This document shows, piece by piece, positions 56,983-64,000 of a DNA stretch of 64,000 bases. Each line of letters begins with the position of its first letter. Position 1 is the stretch's first letter. The stretch comes from Candidatus Saccharimonadales bacterium (lineage in GTDB: Bacteria; Patescibacteriota; Saccharimonadia; Saccharimonadales; 2-12-FULL-41-12). Both the position numbers and the translations under genes were made by a program. The notes below the pieces were generated by a model. That model was not told the origin of the DNA and made no database searches. It saw nothing but the letters and a program-made list of their open reading frames with translations. The stretch is taken from the NCBI GenBank assembly GCA_041600715.1, contig JBFIJM010000001.1, positions 64,387-128,386 of the forward strand. The letters run 5' to 3'.

Positions 56983-58293
56983 CTAGAGTGCAATAATATC
57001 GTGTTCGTTAGAGGATTGGTTGTTGTTTGATGGTGGGTTTTGAGGAGAGTTACTAGGGGTTATAACTGATTCTGCGCCGGGATTAACCACTGGTGCTTTT
57101 TGCTGTTCTTTCTCGAGCAGAGCTTCCATATCAGGACCGTTCGTGATGTCGTTAATAGGCTGGATAACTACCTTTTTTTTCGTATCATCGAGCGGATTGT
57201 CGGGTATGGGAGTAGCTTCTGGGGACTCAGGCTCAGAAGGAGACGTGGTTGCTTCGGGAGTTTCTTCCGCCGGTTGCGATGGCTCAACTACAGATGGAGT
57301 GACCGCTCCGTTTACTAAGGTTGGATCAGGTGAGGACGGCACGCTCGGTTGGGTATTTGTTTGTGCCTCATGGGTGGCTTCGTTTTCTTCTTGTTCTAGA
57401 GCTTCATTTAAGTTTGGACCGATAATAGCAGGAGCAACATCTTCTGTTTGCGCTGACGTCTCATCTAGTGGGGCTTCTTCTGTTTGTTGAGACGATTCCA
57501 CTATAGGCTGATTAGTTGCTTCAGATGGAAGCTCAACATTAATCTGGATAGGCGGAGCTGGCTGTGGTTCAGGTGTGGCTACTTGCTCCACAGGAGGTGT
57601 TTCGGACACAGGCTCTTGAGCAGGTTGGGGCTCTTGAACGGGTTCAGGAGGCGTTGGCGCCGGTTGTGACTCTGGTTGTGTATCGATTGGCTCTGGGACT
57701 GCTGGTGCTTGTTGTTCTACTTGAGGAGTTGGTTCTGGTGTGTCGGGTGTTGTAGTAACTGGGTCAGATGTTGCCTGAGTTGTATCATCATTAGTTTGAG
57801 ATGATTGTGTGAGGGCTTGAGAATTATCATCACTGCTAGGAACAGGGCTTTCATCAGGTGTCGGTGAAGCAGGAGCTTGTTGTTCGGGTGTTTTAGCTTC
57901 TGTGGGCTCATGAGGAGTGTCTGAGTTACCTTCTAGTACATCTTTTACTACTCTAGCTACATCCTCTAGAGTAACCTGAGATTTTACTAAGTAACGATCG
58001 GCTCCGAGTGAGTCGGCTCTTGCTTTGTCTTCAGCTTGGGATAGCGCTGTCATCATAATGACTTTAGTGAACTTAGTCTCTGGTGCATTACGAAGAATAT
58101 CAAGCATATCAAAACCACTAATACGTGGCATCATGACATCAGAAATAATAAGATCAGGCTTTTCCTTGACCGCTGTAGCAAGAGCTTCTTCTCCATCTTT
58201 AGCTGCGACTATTTCGTAACCTTCTGCGAGTAATCTCGCACCGTATATTTCGCGTAAGTTATTGTCGTCTTCGACTAGCATTATTTTTGCCAT
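56983..58293 (-). CDS. response regulator receiver fused to a ~310-aa Pro/Glu/Thr/Gln-rich low-complexity tail
   Basis: MLVEDDNN, DLIISDVMMP, MMTAL, YLVKS, then PEPTPQVEQQAPAVPEPIDTQPESQPAPTPPEP... to the C-terminus. Confidence 0.85.
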   Translation of the reverse strand: MAKIMLVEDDNNLREIYGARLLAEGYEIVAAKDGEEALATAVKEKPDLIISDVMMPRISGFDMLDILRNAPETKFTKVIMMTALSQAEDKARADSLGADRYLVKSQVTLEDVARVVKDVLEGNSDTPHEPTEAKTPEQQAPASPTPDESPVPSSDDNSQALTQSSQTNDDTTQATSDPVTTTPDTPEPTPQVEQQAPAVPEPIDTQPESQPAPTPPEPVQEPQPAQEPVSETPPVEQVATPEPQPAPPIQINVELPSEATNQPIVESSQQTEEAPLDETSAQTEDVAPAIIGPNLNEALEQEENEATHEAQTNTQPSVPSSPDPTLVNGAVTPSVVEPSQPAEETPEATTSPSEPESPEATPIPDNPLDDTKKKVVIQPINDITNGPDMEALLEKEQQKAPVVNPGAESVITPSNSPQNPPSNNNQSSNEHDIIAL

Positions 58294-58353
58294 AAATTCA
58301 TCGATCCTTATGAGGTTGTATATATGATTTCAAGTATAGCATCTTGGTAACGC

Positions 58354-59610
58354 TTATCCCAATATGCTCTTTGGTTTTTCGTCTGCTTGCAAGTGGGCCG
58401 CCTGTTGGGATGTAAGTCTTGGGAGATTTATATAAAAAGTACTTCCCTCGCCTACCTTGCTGTCGGCCCAGATAGTGCCGTTGTACATCTCTACAATCGC
58501 TTTGCATATGAATAGCCCTAAGCCAGTACCGCCAACTGAGCGGGTAGCCGAATTATCGACACGGTAAAACTTCTGGAATAAGTGAGGAAGGTCATCGGAT
58601 GGTATGCCTGGACCAGTATCGGATACACGTAACTGGACTACATCATTATTGCCTGTTATTCCCAAGGATACTTTACCCGATTCGGTGTACTTGACCGCAT
58701 TATCAAATACATTGGTGATAACTTCACGAATTCGGTCCGGATCGACATGAGTGTAATACAAGGGCATAATGGTCTTGCCTACAGAAGAAGTTGCGTCGGT
58801 AACATTATTTGTTTGAGCCGAGGAAGTGCCATGAATGAATTCTACTTTTAGATTTTTCTTTTCTGCTCCGAAGCGTAGATCTTCTGCAAGTTGTTCTACA
58901 AAACTGCCCATTTCGGTAACTATTGGATGGCTAGTTAGTCTTCCGTCCTCAGCTTTAGCGCTTGTTAATAGATCTTGGAACAACTGTCCTAGGTGCTGGG
59001 TGCTGGCATGGGCTTTTTCTAGATACTGTCTGGCCTTAGGGTCTATTTGGCTTACTTTTTCATTCAGAGCAAGCGCCAAATACCCCTCTATCGCTGCCAC
59101 GGGGGTTCGCATTTCGTGGGATGCAGTACTAATGAAGTCTGCACTTCGCTTCTCCTCACCTCTCTCTTTGCTCACATCACGAAACACTGCTACCGCGCCG
59201 ACCAGTTCTTCTTTCTTTGGGATAATGATCGGCGATATTACAAGTGAAATATAAAGGCGTTTATTGTTTCTGCTCATTAGTTGCATTGTTTGGCTGAAGC
59301 GCTCCTTTGTAGATAAAACCTTAGTAAAAGGATGATCGTTGTCTGGGATGGCTTCGTTAGTTTTTTCATCCCCAAGTAGTTTTAATACCGCACGAGCATC
59401 TATGCTCATAGCCTCTTCAATTGTCCACTCGGTCATGGTAGACGCAGCTTTATTGATAAGATTAATCCTGCCATCGGTTCCGGTGACTACTATCCCATCG
59501 CTAATGGACTGTATTAAGATCTCGGCCTGAACCTCTTTGCTCTTAAGAGCGCCACTTAATTGGCTAATTTCATCTTGTTTGCCGGTACTGTCTTTTTTCC
59601 AAAAAGCCAC
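58354..59610 (-). CDS. cytoplasmic PAS-domain sensor histidine kinase
   Basis: GTG start; PAS (SISDGIVVTGTDGRINLINKAAS), H-box SHEMRTPV, N-box DNAVKYT, DTGPGI, GGTGLGL. Confidence 0.9.
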   Translation of the reverse strand: MAFWKKDSTGKQDEISQLSGALKSKEVQAEILIQSISDGIVVTGTDGRINLINKAASTMTEWTIEEAMSIDARAVLKLLGDEKTNEAIPDNDHPFTKVLSTKERFSQTMQLMSRNNKRLYISLVISPIIIPKKEELVGAVAVFRDVSKERGEEKRSADFISTASHEMRTPVAAIEGYLALALNEKVSQIDPKARQYLEKAHASTQHLGQLFQDLLTSAKAEDGRLTSHPIVTEMGSFVEQLAEDLRFGAEKKNLKVEFIHGTSSAQTNNVTDATSSVGKTIMPLYYTHVDPDRIREVITNVFDNAVKYTESGKVSLGITGNNDVVQLRVSDTGPGIPSDDLPHLFQKFYRVDNSATRSVGGTGLGLFICKAIVEMYNGTIWADSKVGEGSTFYINLPRLTSQQAAHLQADEKPKSILG

Positions 59611-59827
59611 TAACTTCTCGTCCCACTCATTTAATGCTTATGTATTTGTATGTAGTATACAATAGACTTTCACTGGTGTCGCCACGATTGCGACCAGAGG
59701 TGGGTTGTGGTAGAATTGCTTAGTCTCTACATCTGTTAGAGTTGTATGGCCGACATCTCTTCGAGATCCGGCCGGCCAACTCGAAAGTTAGATTTATGTA
59801 AACACAAATCTAACTTATCTCATTCCC

Positions 59828-59902
59828 GGCCGCATCGTCTAACGGTTAGGACACCAGGTTCTCATCCTGGCAATCGGGGTTCGATTCCCCGTGCGGTCAC
59901 CA
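59828..59902 (+). tRNA. tRNA-Glu (anticodon CTC), CCA encoded
   Basis: 75-nt cloverleaf. Acceptor GGCCGCA/TGCGGTC (one G-U), D stem GTCT/GGAC, anticodon stem CCAGG/CCTGG with loop TTCTCAT, T arm CGGGG-TTCGATT-CCCCG, ACCA end. Confidence 0.9.
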
Positions 59903-59940
59903 TGAAAAATACCCCAGTACCATCTGGGGTATTTTTCATG
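59901..59940 (+). terminator. 17-bp perfect hairpin/terminator starting at the tRNA CCA end
   Basis: CATGAAAAATACCCCAG / CTGGGGTATTTTTCATG with a 6-nt loop; U-rich 3' arm. Confidence 0.65.
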
Positions 59941-60297
59941 TCTAACCCCCGCGGGAAGCGAACCCGAGCACGTAGTGCGGGTTCGAAGATCAAAGCCACG
60001 CACAGGAGTTTACTCCGAGCATGGCTGCAGAGCGCAAGCCTTTAGGCTTATTCCCCGTGCGGTCACCATGAAAAACGCTCAGCCATTTGGCTGGGCTTTT
60101 TTCATGCTTCCCGTAGCGGTGGAACCGAACCCCGATTGGTTTACATGCGTAAGTAAGTGGCAATCGGAGGTGCGGTAATCAAAGGCTCTCGCAGGAGCTT
60201 GCTCCGAGAAAGACAGCAGATTATACAAAGTATTCCCCGTGCGGTAGCCAAACTAAAATCCCCACCTATGTGTGGGGATTTTAGTTTGGACTGTAGT
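59941..60297 (+). repeat. two tandem GC-rich pseudo-units, each ending in a copy of the tRNA-Glu 3' end plus a long hairpin
   Basis: Exact 26-nt repeat ATTCCCCGTGCGGTCACCATGAAAAA at 59884-59909 and 60050-60075; degenerate copy ATTCCCCGTGCGGTAGCCA at 60232-60250; hairpins at 60067-60106 and 60248-60289. The two units are homologous to each other. Confidence 0.75.
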
Positions 60298-60300
60298 AGT

Positions 60301-60789
60301 TTAGCTAGCGAACTCTTGCGATGCATCGTTGAGTAGATTTTGATCGAACTCATCCAGAGGCAGTCTATAAAGCTTCGCATACTGGGCTTTAACATGGTCG
60401 CCATTCTCGTCGCGTACGTTTTCGTCTATAAGGGGTTGGTGCGTGACGGCTATTATATTGCTGTCTTCCTCGATATGCTTATCATAGCGCTGTGCAAGGT
60501 CTATGATTCTAAGCGTAAGTTTATGCATATATCCCCCGTTTAATCCCCATAGTTCTAGTTCTCTACACTCAACAAGAGGTATGTTTAATCTTGTAGCTAA
60601 TATCTCGCCTGTCTCGCGTGTCCGTGGCACAGGAGAAGCGAGTACTAGCCCAGGGTGTGTTGAGCCTACTCCTAGGCTCCCTAGTATCTCAGCTGTTTGC
60701 TCAACTTGATTTATACCACGCTGTGATAGCGAGTAATCTGCACCATATCCTCTTTCGCCATGTCTCATAACGTATATATTCATCTTCAT
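60301..60789 (-). CDS. histidine phosphatase superfamily protein (SixA/PGAM-like)
   Basis: IYVMRHGERG RHG motif; later VTHQP His. Confidence 0.75.
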   Translation of the reverse strand: MKMNIYVMRHGERGYGADYSLSQRGINQVEQTAEILGSLGVGSTHPGLVLASPVPRTRETGEILATRLNIPLVECRELELWGLNGGYMHKLTLRIIDLAQRYDKHIEEDSNIIAVTHQPLIDENVRDENGDHVKAQYAKLYRLPLDEFDQNLLNDASQEFAS

Positions 60790-60810
60790 ATTATAACAAC
60801 TTCGTAAGTC

Positions 60811-62100
60811 TTACGCAATTCTTACCTTCGGTAGCTCGTCCCAGTTTGTAGTATAGCGCGGGCTAGAACGCTTCCGTCTTGGTTCCCATGCATGGGTAAT
60901 ATCCTCGCTGGCAAAATGTAGTGTCCGGCGACCGTATTTGTCGTTGAGCCGATCAAGTAATTCCATACGGCTTCGACTTTTTTCTTGCTCGGCGATATTA
61001 ACAGTGTTTAGTAGGTCGGTCTGGATACCTATATCTGGCTCTAAGTCGTGTAGAGTGACCCCAGCTCGGTAGTAGGGCACTCCTTCTTGGTAGCACTCCC
61101 CTAGTAGTTGGTTAGCGATACTACTAAGTGCTCCAGTGTCAGACGACCCAGTTCTTAATTTTGTCTCTCGGTAAAAACTCTTATAGTTGGGCTTATAGCG
61201 GTTTGTATTAAGAAATATGCTCACTCTTTTGGCTCGCATATTCTGAGTACGCATACGATGAGAGGCGCGAGCAACAAAACTAGCTAATGCCGATTGCAGT
61301 GACCAGTAATTATATATATCTTGGCCAAAAGTTCTGGTAGCGCTTGCCATGTGAGCCCCCACCTTTATCTGTTCTAGAGGTAGACAACTTTGACCGTTGA
61401 GCTCCCTTACGAGTCGCTCCCCGTGAACAGAGTGAAAAAGTTGTCTAGCGGTTGCCGGATTAAGGTCTGATATGTCTAGCGCGCTACTTAACCCGAGGGA
61501 TCTTAGTTTAGGTGCGTAGCGCCAACCAATCCCCCAAATATCTTGAAGCGGAGTCCTGGACAACTGCTCTTTACGGTTTAGATTGTCTATAAAGAGCACT
61601 CCATTATTTTCTGGGTCTTTTTTAGCGCGCTCGCTGGCGAGCTTGGCCAAGGTCTTGCTGGGTGCTACGCCTACGCTTACCGGCATACCAACCCAATCCC
61701 GTATATTCTGTCGTAATTTTGACGCCCATGCAGTGTAATTCTGGATATCAAGCTGAGATATATCCAAGAACGACTCGTCTATAGAATAGACTTCCATACG
61801 CGGTGTAATAGTGGTTAGAACTTCTGTGATGCGCCGTGATATGTCGCCATATAACTCAAAGTTAGCACTAAATACTTGCACGTTGTTCTGTTCGAACAAA
61901 CGTCTATGTTTAAAGATCGGCGCTCCCATAGGTATGCCGATCGCTCTAGCTTCTTGACTTCGCGCCACCACGCAACCATCGTTACTACTAGCCACAACTG
62001 TAGGTATCCCTTCTAGGTCTGGGCGGAATAGTTTTTCGCAGGATACAAAGAAATTATTGCAGTCTAGCAGAGCAAACAAAGGGGCATTTGAGGTCAGCAT
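60811..62100 (-). CDS. umuC: Y-family translesion DNA polymerase, UmuC-like
   Basis: FALLDCNNFFVSCEKLFRPDL, SNDGCVVARSQEARAIGIPMG, VYSIDESFLD closely parallel E. coli UmuC. Confidence 0.9.
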   Translation of the reverse strand: MLTSNAPLFALLDCNNFFVSCEKLFRPDLEGIPTVVASSNDGCVVARSQEARAIGIPMGAPIFKHRRLFEQNNVQVFSANFELYGDISRRITEVLTTITPRMEVYSIDESFLDISQLDIQNYTAWASKLRQNIRDWVGMPVSVGVAPSKTLAKLASERAKKDPENNGVLFIDNLNRKEQLSRTPLQDIWGIGWRYAPKLRSLGLSSALDISDLNPATARQLFHSVHGERLVRELNGQSCLPLEQIKVGAHMASATRTFGQDIYNYWSLQSALASFVARASHRMRTQNMRAKRVSIFLNTNRYKPNYKSFYRETKLRTGSSDTGALSSIANQLLGECYQEGVPYYRAGVTLHDLEPDIGIQTDLLNTVNIAEQEKSRSRMELLDRLNDKYGRRTLHFASEDITHAWEPRRKRSSPRYTTNWDELPKVRIA

Positions 62101-62128
62101 AGTAAGCTTCTTCTTGAAAGTTCTTGCA

Positions 62129-62479
62129 TTACCTGGTCTCCTTAAAGCGGAATTGATGGATAACTGAGGTGACTACGCCCCATGTGGGTGTGTCGAGAGG
62201 TACGGCGCGTTTTGGTCCCATCACGAATTGATCGCCTTGCCACCATACGATAGTGTCAGAGGATCTTGGGCTTAGAGATCGGTCTATGACTACAATATCT
62301 CCACTGAACATGCCTAAGGCGCTCCATTCGTCGCTATCTAGCCTCATGATGTATGTAGCCACCGGGTGCTTTATGAGGGCTCTTGTGAGGTCGAGCTGTT
62401 TAGTATGGGCGCCAATAGCAGAATTAGGAAAGCCGGTATGTGTAGCGACGCCTGCTTCTCGTAGAGTTTTTTCGTCCAT
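62129..62479 (-). CDS. umuD: UmuD-like S24-fold protein with substituted catalytic dyad
   Basis: GFPNSA...HPVATYIMRLDSDEWSALGMFSGDIVVIDRS aligns ungapped to UmuD GFPSPA...[30 protein letters not shown]. ATG 62479 preferred over TTG 62506. Confidence 0.7.
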   Translation of the reverse strand: MDEKTLREAGVATHTGFPNSAIGAHTKQLDLTRALIKHPVATYIMRLDSDEWSALGMFSGDIVVIDRSLSPRSSDTIVWWQGDQFVMGPKRAVPLDTPTWGVVTSVIHQFRFKETR

Positions 62480-62481
62480 GG

Positions 62482-62718
62482 TTACTTCGTCCCAATCAAA
62501 GTCCAATTACCGTCTTCGCAGGCGATGCGATAAATTTTGTGACCATCGTTCATGTCGAAAAATTTGATTACTCGTTGACCTTTTTTGACAATGTACTGCA
62601 ACCCCTCCTCGAAGTTATATTGTTCGTCGCCCAGTTGAATTTGACGGGGGAATATACGTCCCTTACTCCCGGCAAAATAGAAAGCGTTAATGTCGATAGT
62701 TTCGTTGATATAGCTCAT
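62482..62718 (-). CDS. small hypothetical protein (78 aa), first gene of the umuDC-like operon
   Basis: ATG 62718 after AAAGGA. Its stop is 2 nt before the umuD-like ATG. No motif recognised. Confidence 0.5.
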   Translation of the reverse strand: MSYINETIDINAFYFAGSKGRIFPRQIQLGDEQYNFEEGLQYIVKKGQRVIKFFDMNDGHKIYRIACEDGNWTLIGTK

Positions 62719-62808
62719 AATAAGTTCCTTTTCATAAAACACGCATCAACTGTCCTGCTTTTGACTAGAGCCAAAGCCCTTCTCGGCGCCATGAATATTT
62801 TTCTTCTC

Positions 62809-62840
62809 CTGTACTCCCTTCGCTGTACTTTATGTACAGC
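62809..62840 (-). promoter_or_regulatory. candidate operator: CTGTAC-N8-CTGTAC-N5-GTACAG upstream of the umuDC-like operon
   Basis: Perfect 7-bp inverted repeat GCTGTAC-TTTAT-GTACAGC (62822-62840) plus a third half-site at 62809-62814. Overlaps a possible TTGAAG-18-TAAAGT promoter on the minus strand. Confidence 0.4.
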
Positions 62841-62904
62841 TCGGTCTGTCCTTCAAAGAGAAAAATTGCCTTGCGCTCAAGTGCGTGTCTTGTTGATTAT
62901 TAAA

Positions 62905-62943
62905 GGTGCAAAAAAGCACCAATTACTTTAGTAGTGATTGGTG
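62905..62943 (-). terminator. candidate rho-independent terminator (minus strand)
   Basis: On the minus strand CACCAATCAC..GTAATTGGTG (10-bp stem, one mismatch) is followed by CTTTTTTG. Confidence 0.45.
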
Positions 62944-63128
62944 AACGGATTTTGCGAGGTAAGAACCCTCAGTAAGCTATCTGCTAAAGCGAGTAAACCG
63001 TTCTTTACTTTCTTATGACAGATAGCTTGTGCTATATAGATTAACCCTCCATTCGGCGCACAGGGACCGGAGTATGATTACCTAGAGTACTAAGTAGTAT
63101 ACTCGCTTATTCTGGGAGGGCGCAAGGC

Positions 63129-63530
63129 CTAGAATTGTTTAAGTATTTCGACAAGTTCGCGCGGAGTAATCTCGGCTTTGATAATGTAGCCATCGGCCTC
63201 TGCTTCGATAGAGCTACGGGTTTTTTCATCTTGTTCGAGATTGGTGCATATAATGATCTTGGCTTTTATATTGCTTCGCTCGTCTTTTATTTCGTGGAGT
63301 ACATCCACGCCGAGCATTTCAGGGATCATAATATCAATCAGGACAATATCGTATTGGTTGGTACGAATAGCTTTTAGTCCCGCTTCGCCATCGGCGATTA
63401 TATCAACATAGATACCAGCTTTATTAAGTGCTCGTTTATATAGTTCGCTAATGAAGGGCTCGTCCTCAATACAAAGAACGCGTTTTTGCTCGATCGGTGC
63501 TTGTTCGGGGTTCTGAGTTATATCATTCAT
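63129..63530 (-). CDS. single-domain response regulator (receiver only)
   Basis: VLCIEDEP, DIVLIDIMIP (Asp), ICTNL, YIIKA. Confidence 0.85.
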   Translation of the reverse strand: MNDITQNPEQAPIEQKRVLCIEDEPFISELYKRALNKAGIYVDIIADGEAGLKAIRTNQYDIVLIDIMIPEMLGVDVLHEIKDERSNIKAKIIICTNLEQDEKTRSSIEAEADGYIIKAEITPRELVEILKQF

Positions 63531-63534
63531 TGCA

Positions 63535-64000
63535 TTATCTTCTTTGCATGCTGTGGTTTTTTATCCAGCCGTGAGAAGTTCTGGTAATTCCATTATCATC
63601 TTTTTTTTCTGCCTCAGCAAGTTTACTAAACGGCAAAAGAGTAAATCCAATAGTTGTGCCCTCTCCTTCTTTGGAGCGGACCCAAATATTGCCTTTGTGA
63701 GCGTTCACTATAGACTTAGACAAAAATAACCCAAGTCCAGTCCCAGCGATCTGGTTGCGATTACGATGGTTGCGAGAGAATTTAGCAAATAAATTCGGCA
63801 CCACGCTATCCGGTATCCCTACTCCTTCATCTCGAACAGTGGTTTGGATCATGCCGTCTTTGTCTAGAGTTGACTCGACCCATATGTTTTGACCCTTGTC
63901 AGTGCTGTACTTAATCGAGTTATCTATTAAGTTTGTGATCACTTCTGCGATGCTTATTTTATCAAGAGCTACTTTTGGAAGTTCTGGTGTCACCGCAAGA
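63535..64000 (-). CDS. sensor histidine kinase, C-terminal HATPase_c part (N-terminus outside window)
   Basis: NLIDNSIKYS N-box, DEGVGIP G1, GTGLGLFLSKSIV G2. The frame stays open to the window edge. Confidence 0.85.
   Translation of the reverse strand, partial: LAVTPELPKVALDKISIAEVITNLIDNSIKYSTDKGQNIWVESTLDKDGMIQTTVRDEGVGIPDSVVPNLFAKFSRNHRNRNQIAGTGLGLFLSKSIVNAHKGNIWVRSKEGEGTTIGFTLLPFSKLAEAEKKDDNGITRTSHGWIKNHSMQRR

Noticed and set aside
57100-57911. Cluster of + and - strand ORFs within the response-regulator tail region.
   Set aside because: They are produced by the GC-rich, repetitive Pro/Glu-coding sequence, and all overlap the well-supported 436-aa response-regulator ORF.
59746-60178. 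ORFs of 99 aa and 67 aa spanning the tRNA-Glu and its repeat units.
   Set aside because: They read straight through a tRNA gene and terminator hairpins, so they are artefacts of the GC-rich repeats.
1-64000. Scan for CRISPR arrays, transposases or IS elements, integrases, reverse transcriptases (DGR/retron), toxin-antitoxin pairs and rRNA genes.
   Set aside because: I found no regularly spaced direct-repeat array and no ORF with DDE/tyrosine-recombinase/RT (YxDD) motifs. The only mobile-element-like signals are the tRNA 3'-end repeats and the two hairpin/TIR elements reported above.

Overview
This is a gene-dense bacterial chromosome segment with AT-rich intergenic DNA, short or overlapping gene junctions and many lineage-specific ORFans. 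Gene content and order suggest a small-genome Patescibacteria/CPR (Saccharibacteria-like) or related Terrabacteria lineage; there is no rRNA in the window to confirm this. The supporting features are hpf-secA-prfB-ftsEX-ctp synteny, a stripped-down dcw cluster and many single-domain response regulators. The standard genetic code applies: an intact RF2 is present and TGA is used as a stop. Housekeeping genes I recognise are serS, hpf, secA, prfB, ftsEX, pyrG, rpmA, xseAB, recO, glyQS, mraZ-rsmH-ftsL-ftsI-mraY-ftsW-murG-ftsQ, topA, dprA, pth, der, one tRNA-Glu(CUC), two histidine-kinase/response-regulator operons and a umuDC-like operon. I saw no CRISPR array, transposase, integrase or reverse transcriptase. 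The main items for follow-up, in rough priority order: (1) a strong orphan promoter driving a ~360-nt highly structured non-coding transcript with terminator/antiterminator pairing (51.76-52.16 kb); (2) tRNA-Glu followed by two GC-rich pseudo-units that each end in a copy of the tRNA 3' end plus a 17-18 bp hairpin, next to the umuDC-like cassette; (3) FtsEX next to two paralogous coiled-coil hydrolases (CHAP and M23), the M23 domain apparently circularly permuted; (4) a ~260-bp intergenic repeat family with covarying hairpins; (5) a divergent pair of large ORFans followed by a kinase/receiver pair with degenerate catalytic residues; (6) two insertion-like hairpin elements inside the dcw operon. 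All calls rest on reading motifs in the supplied translations and in the DNA; no database search was run.
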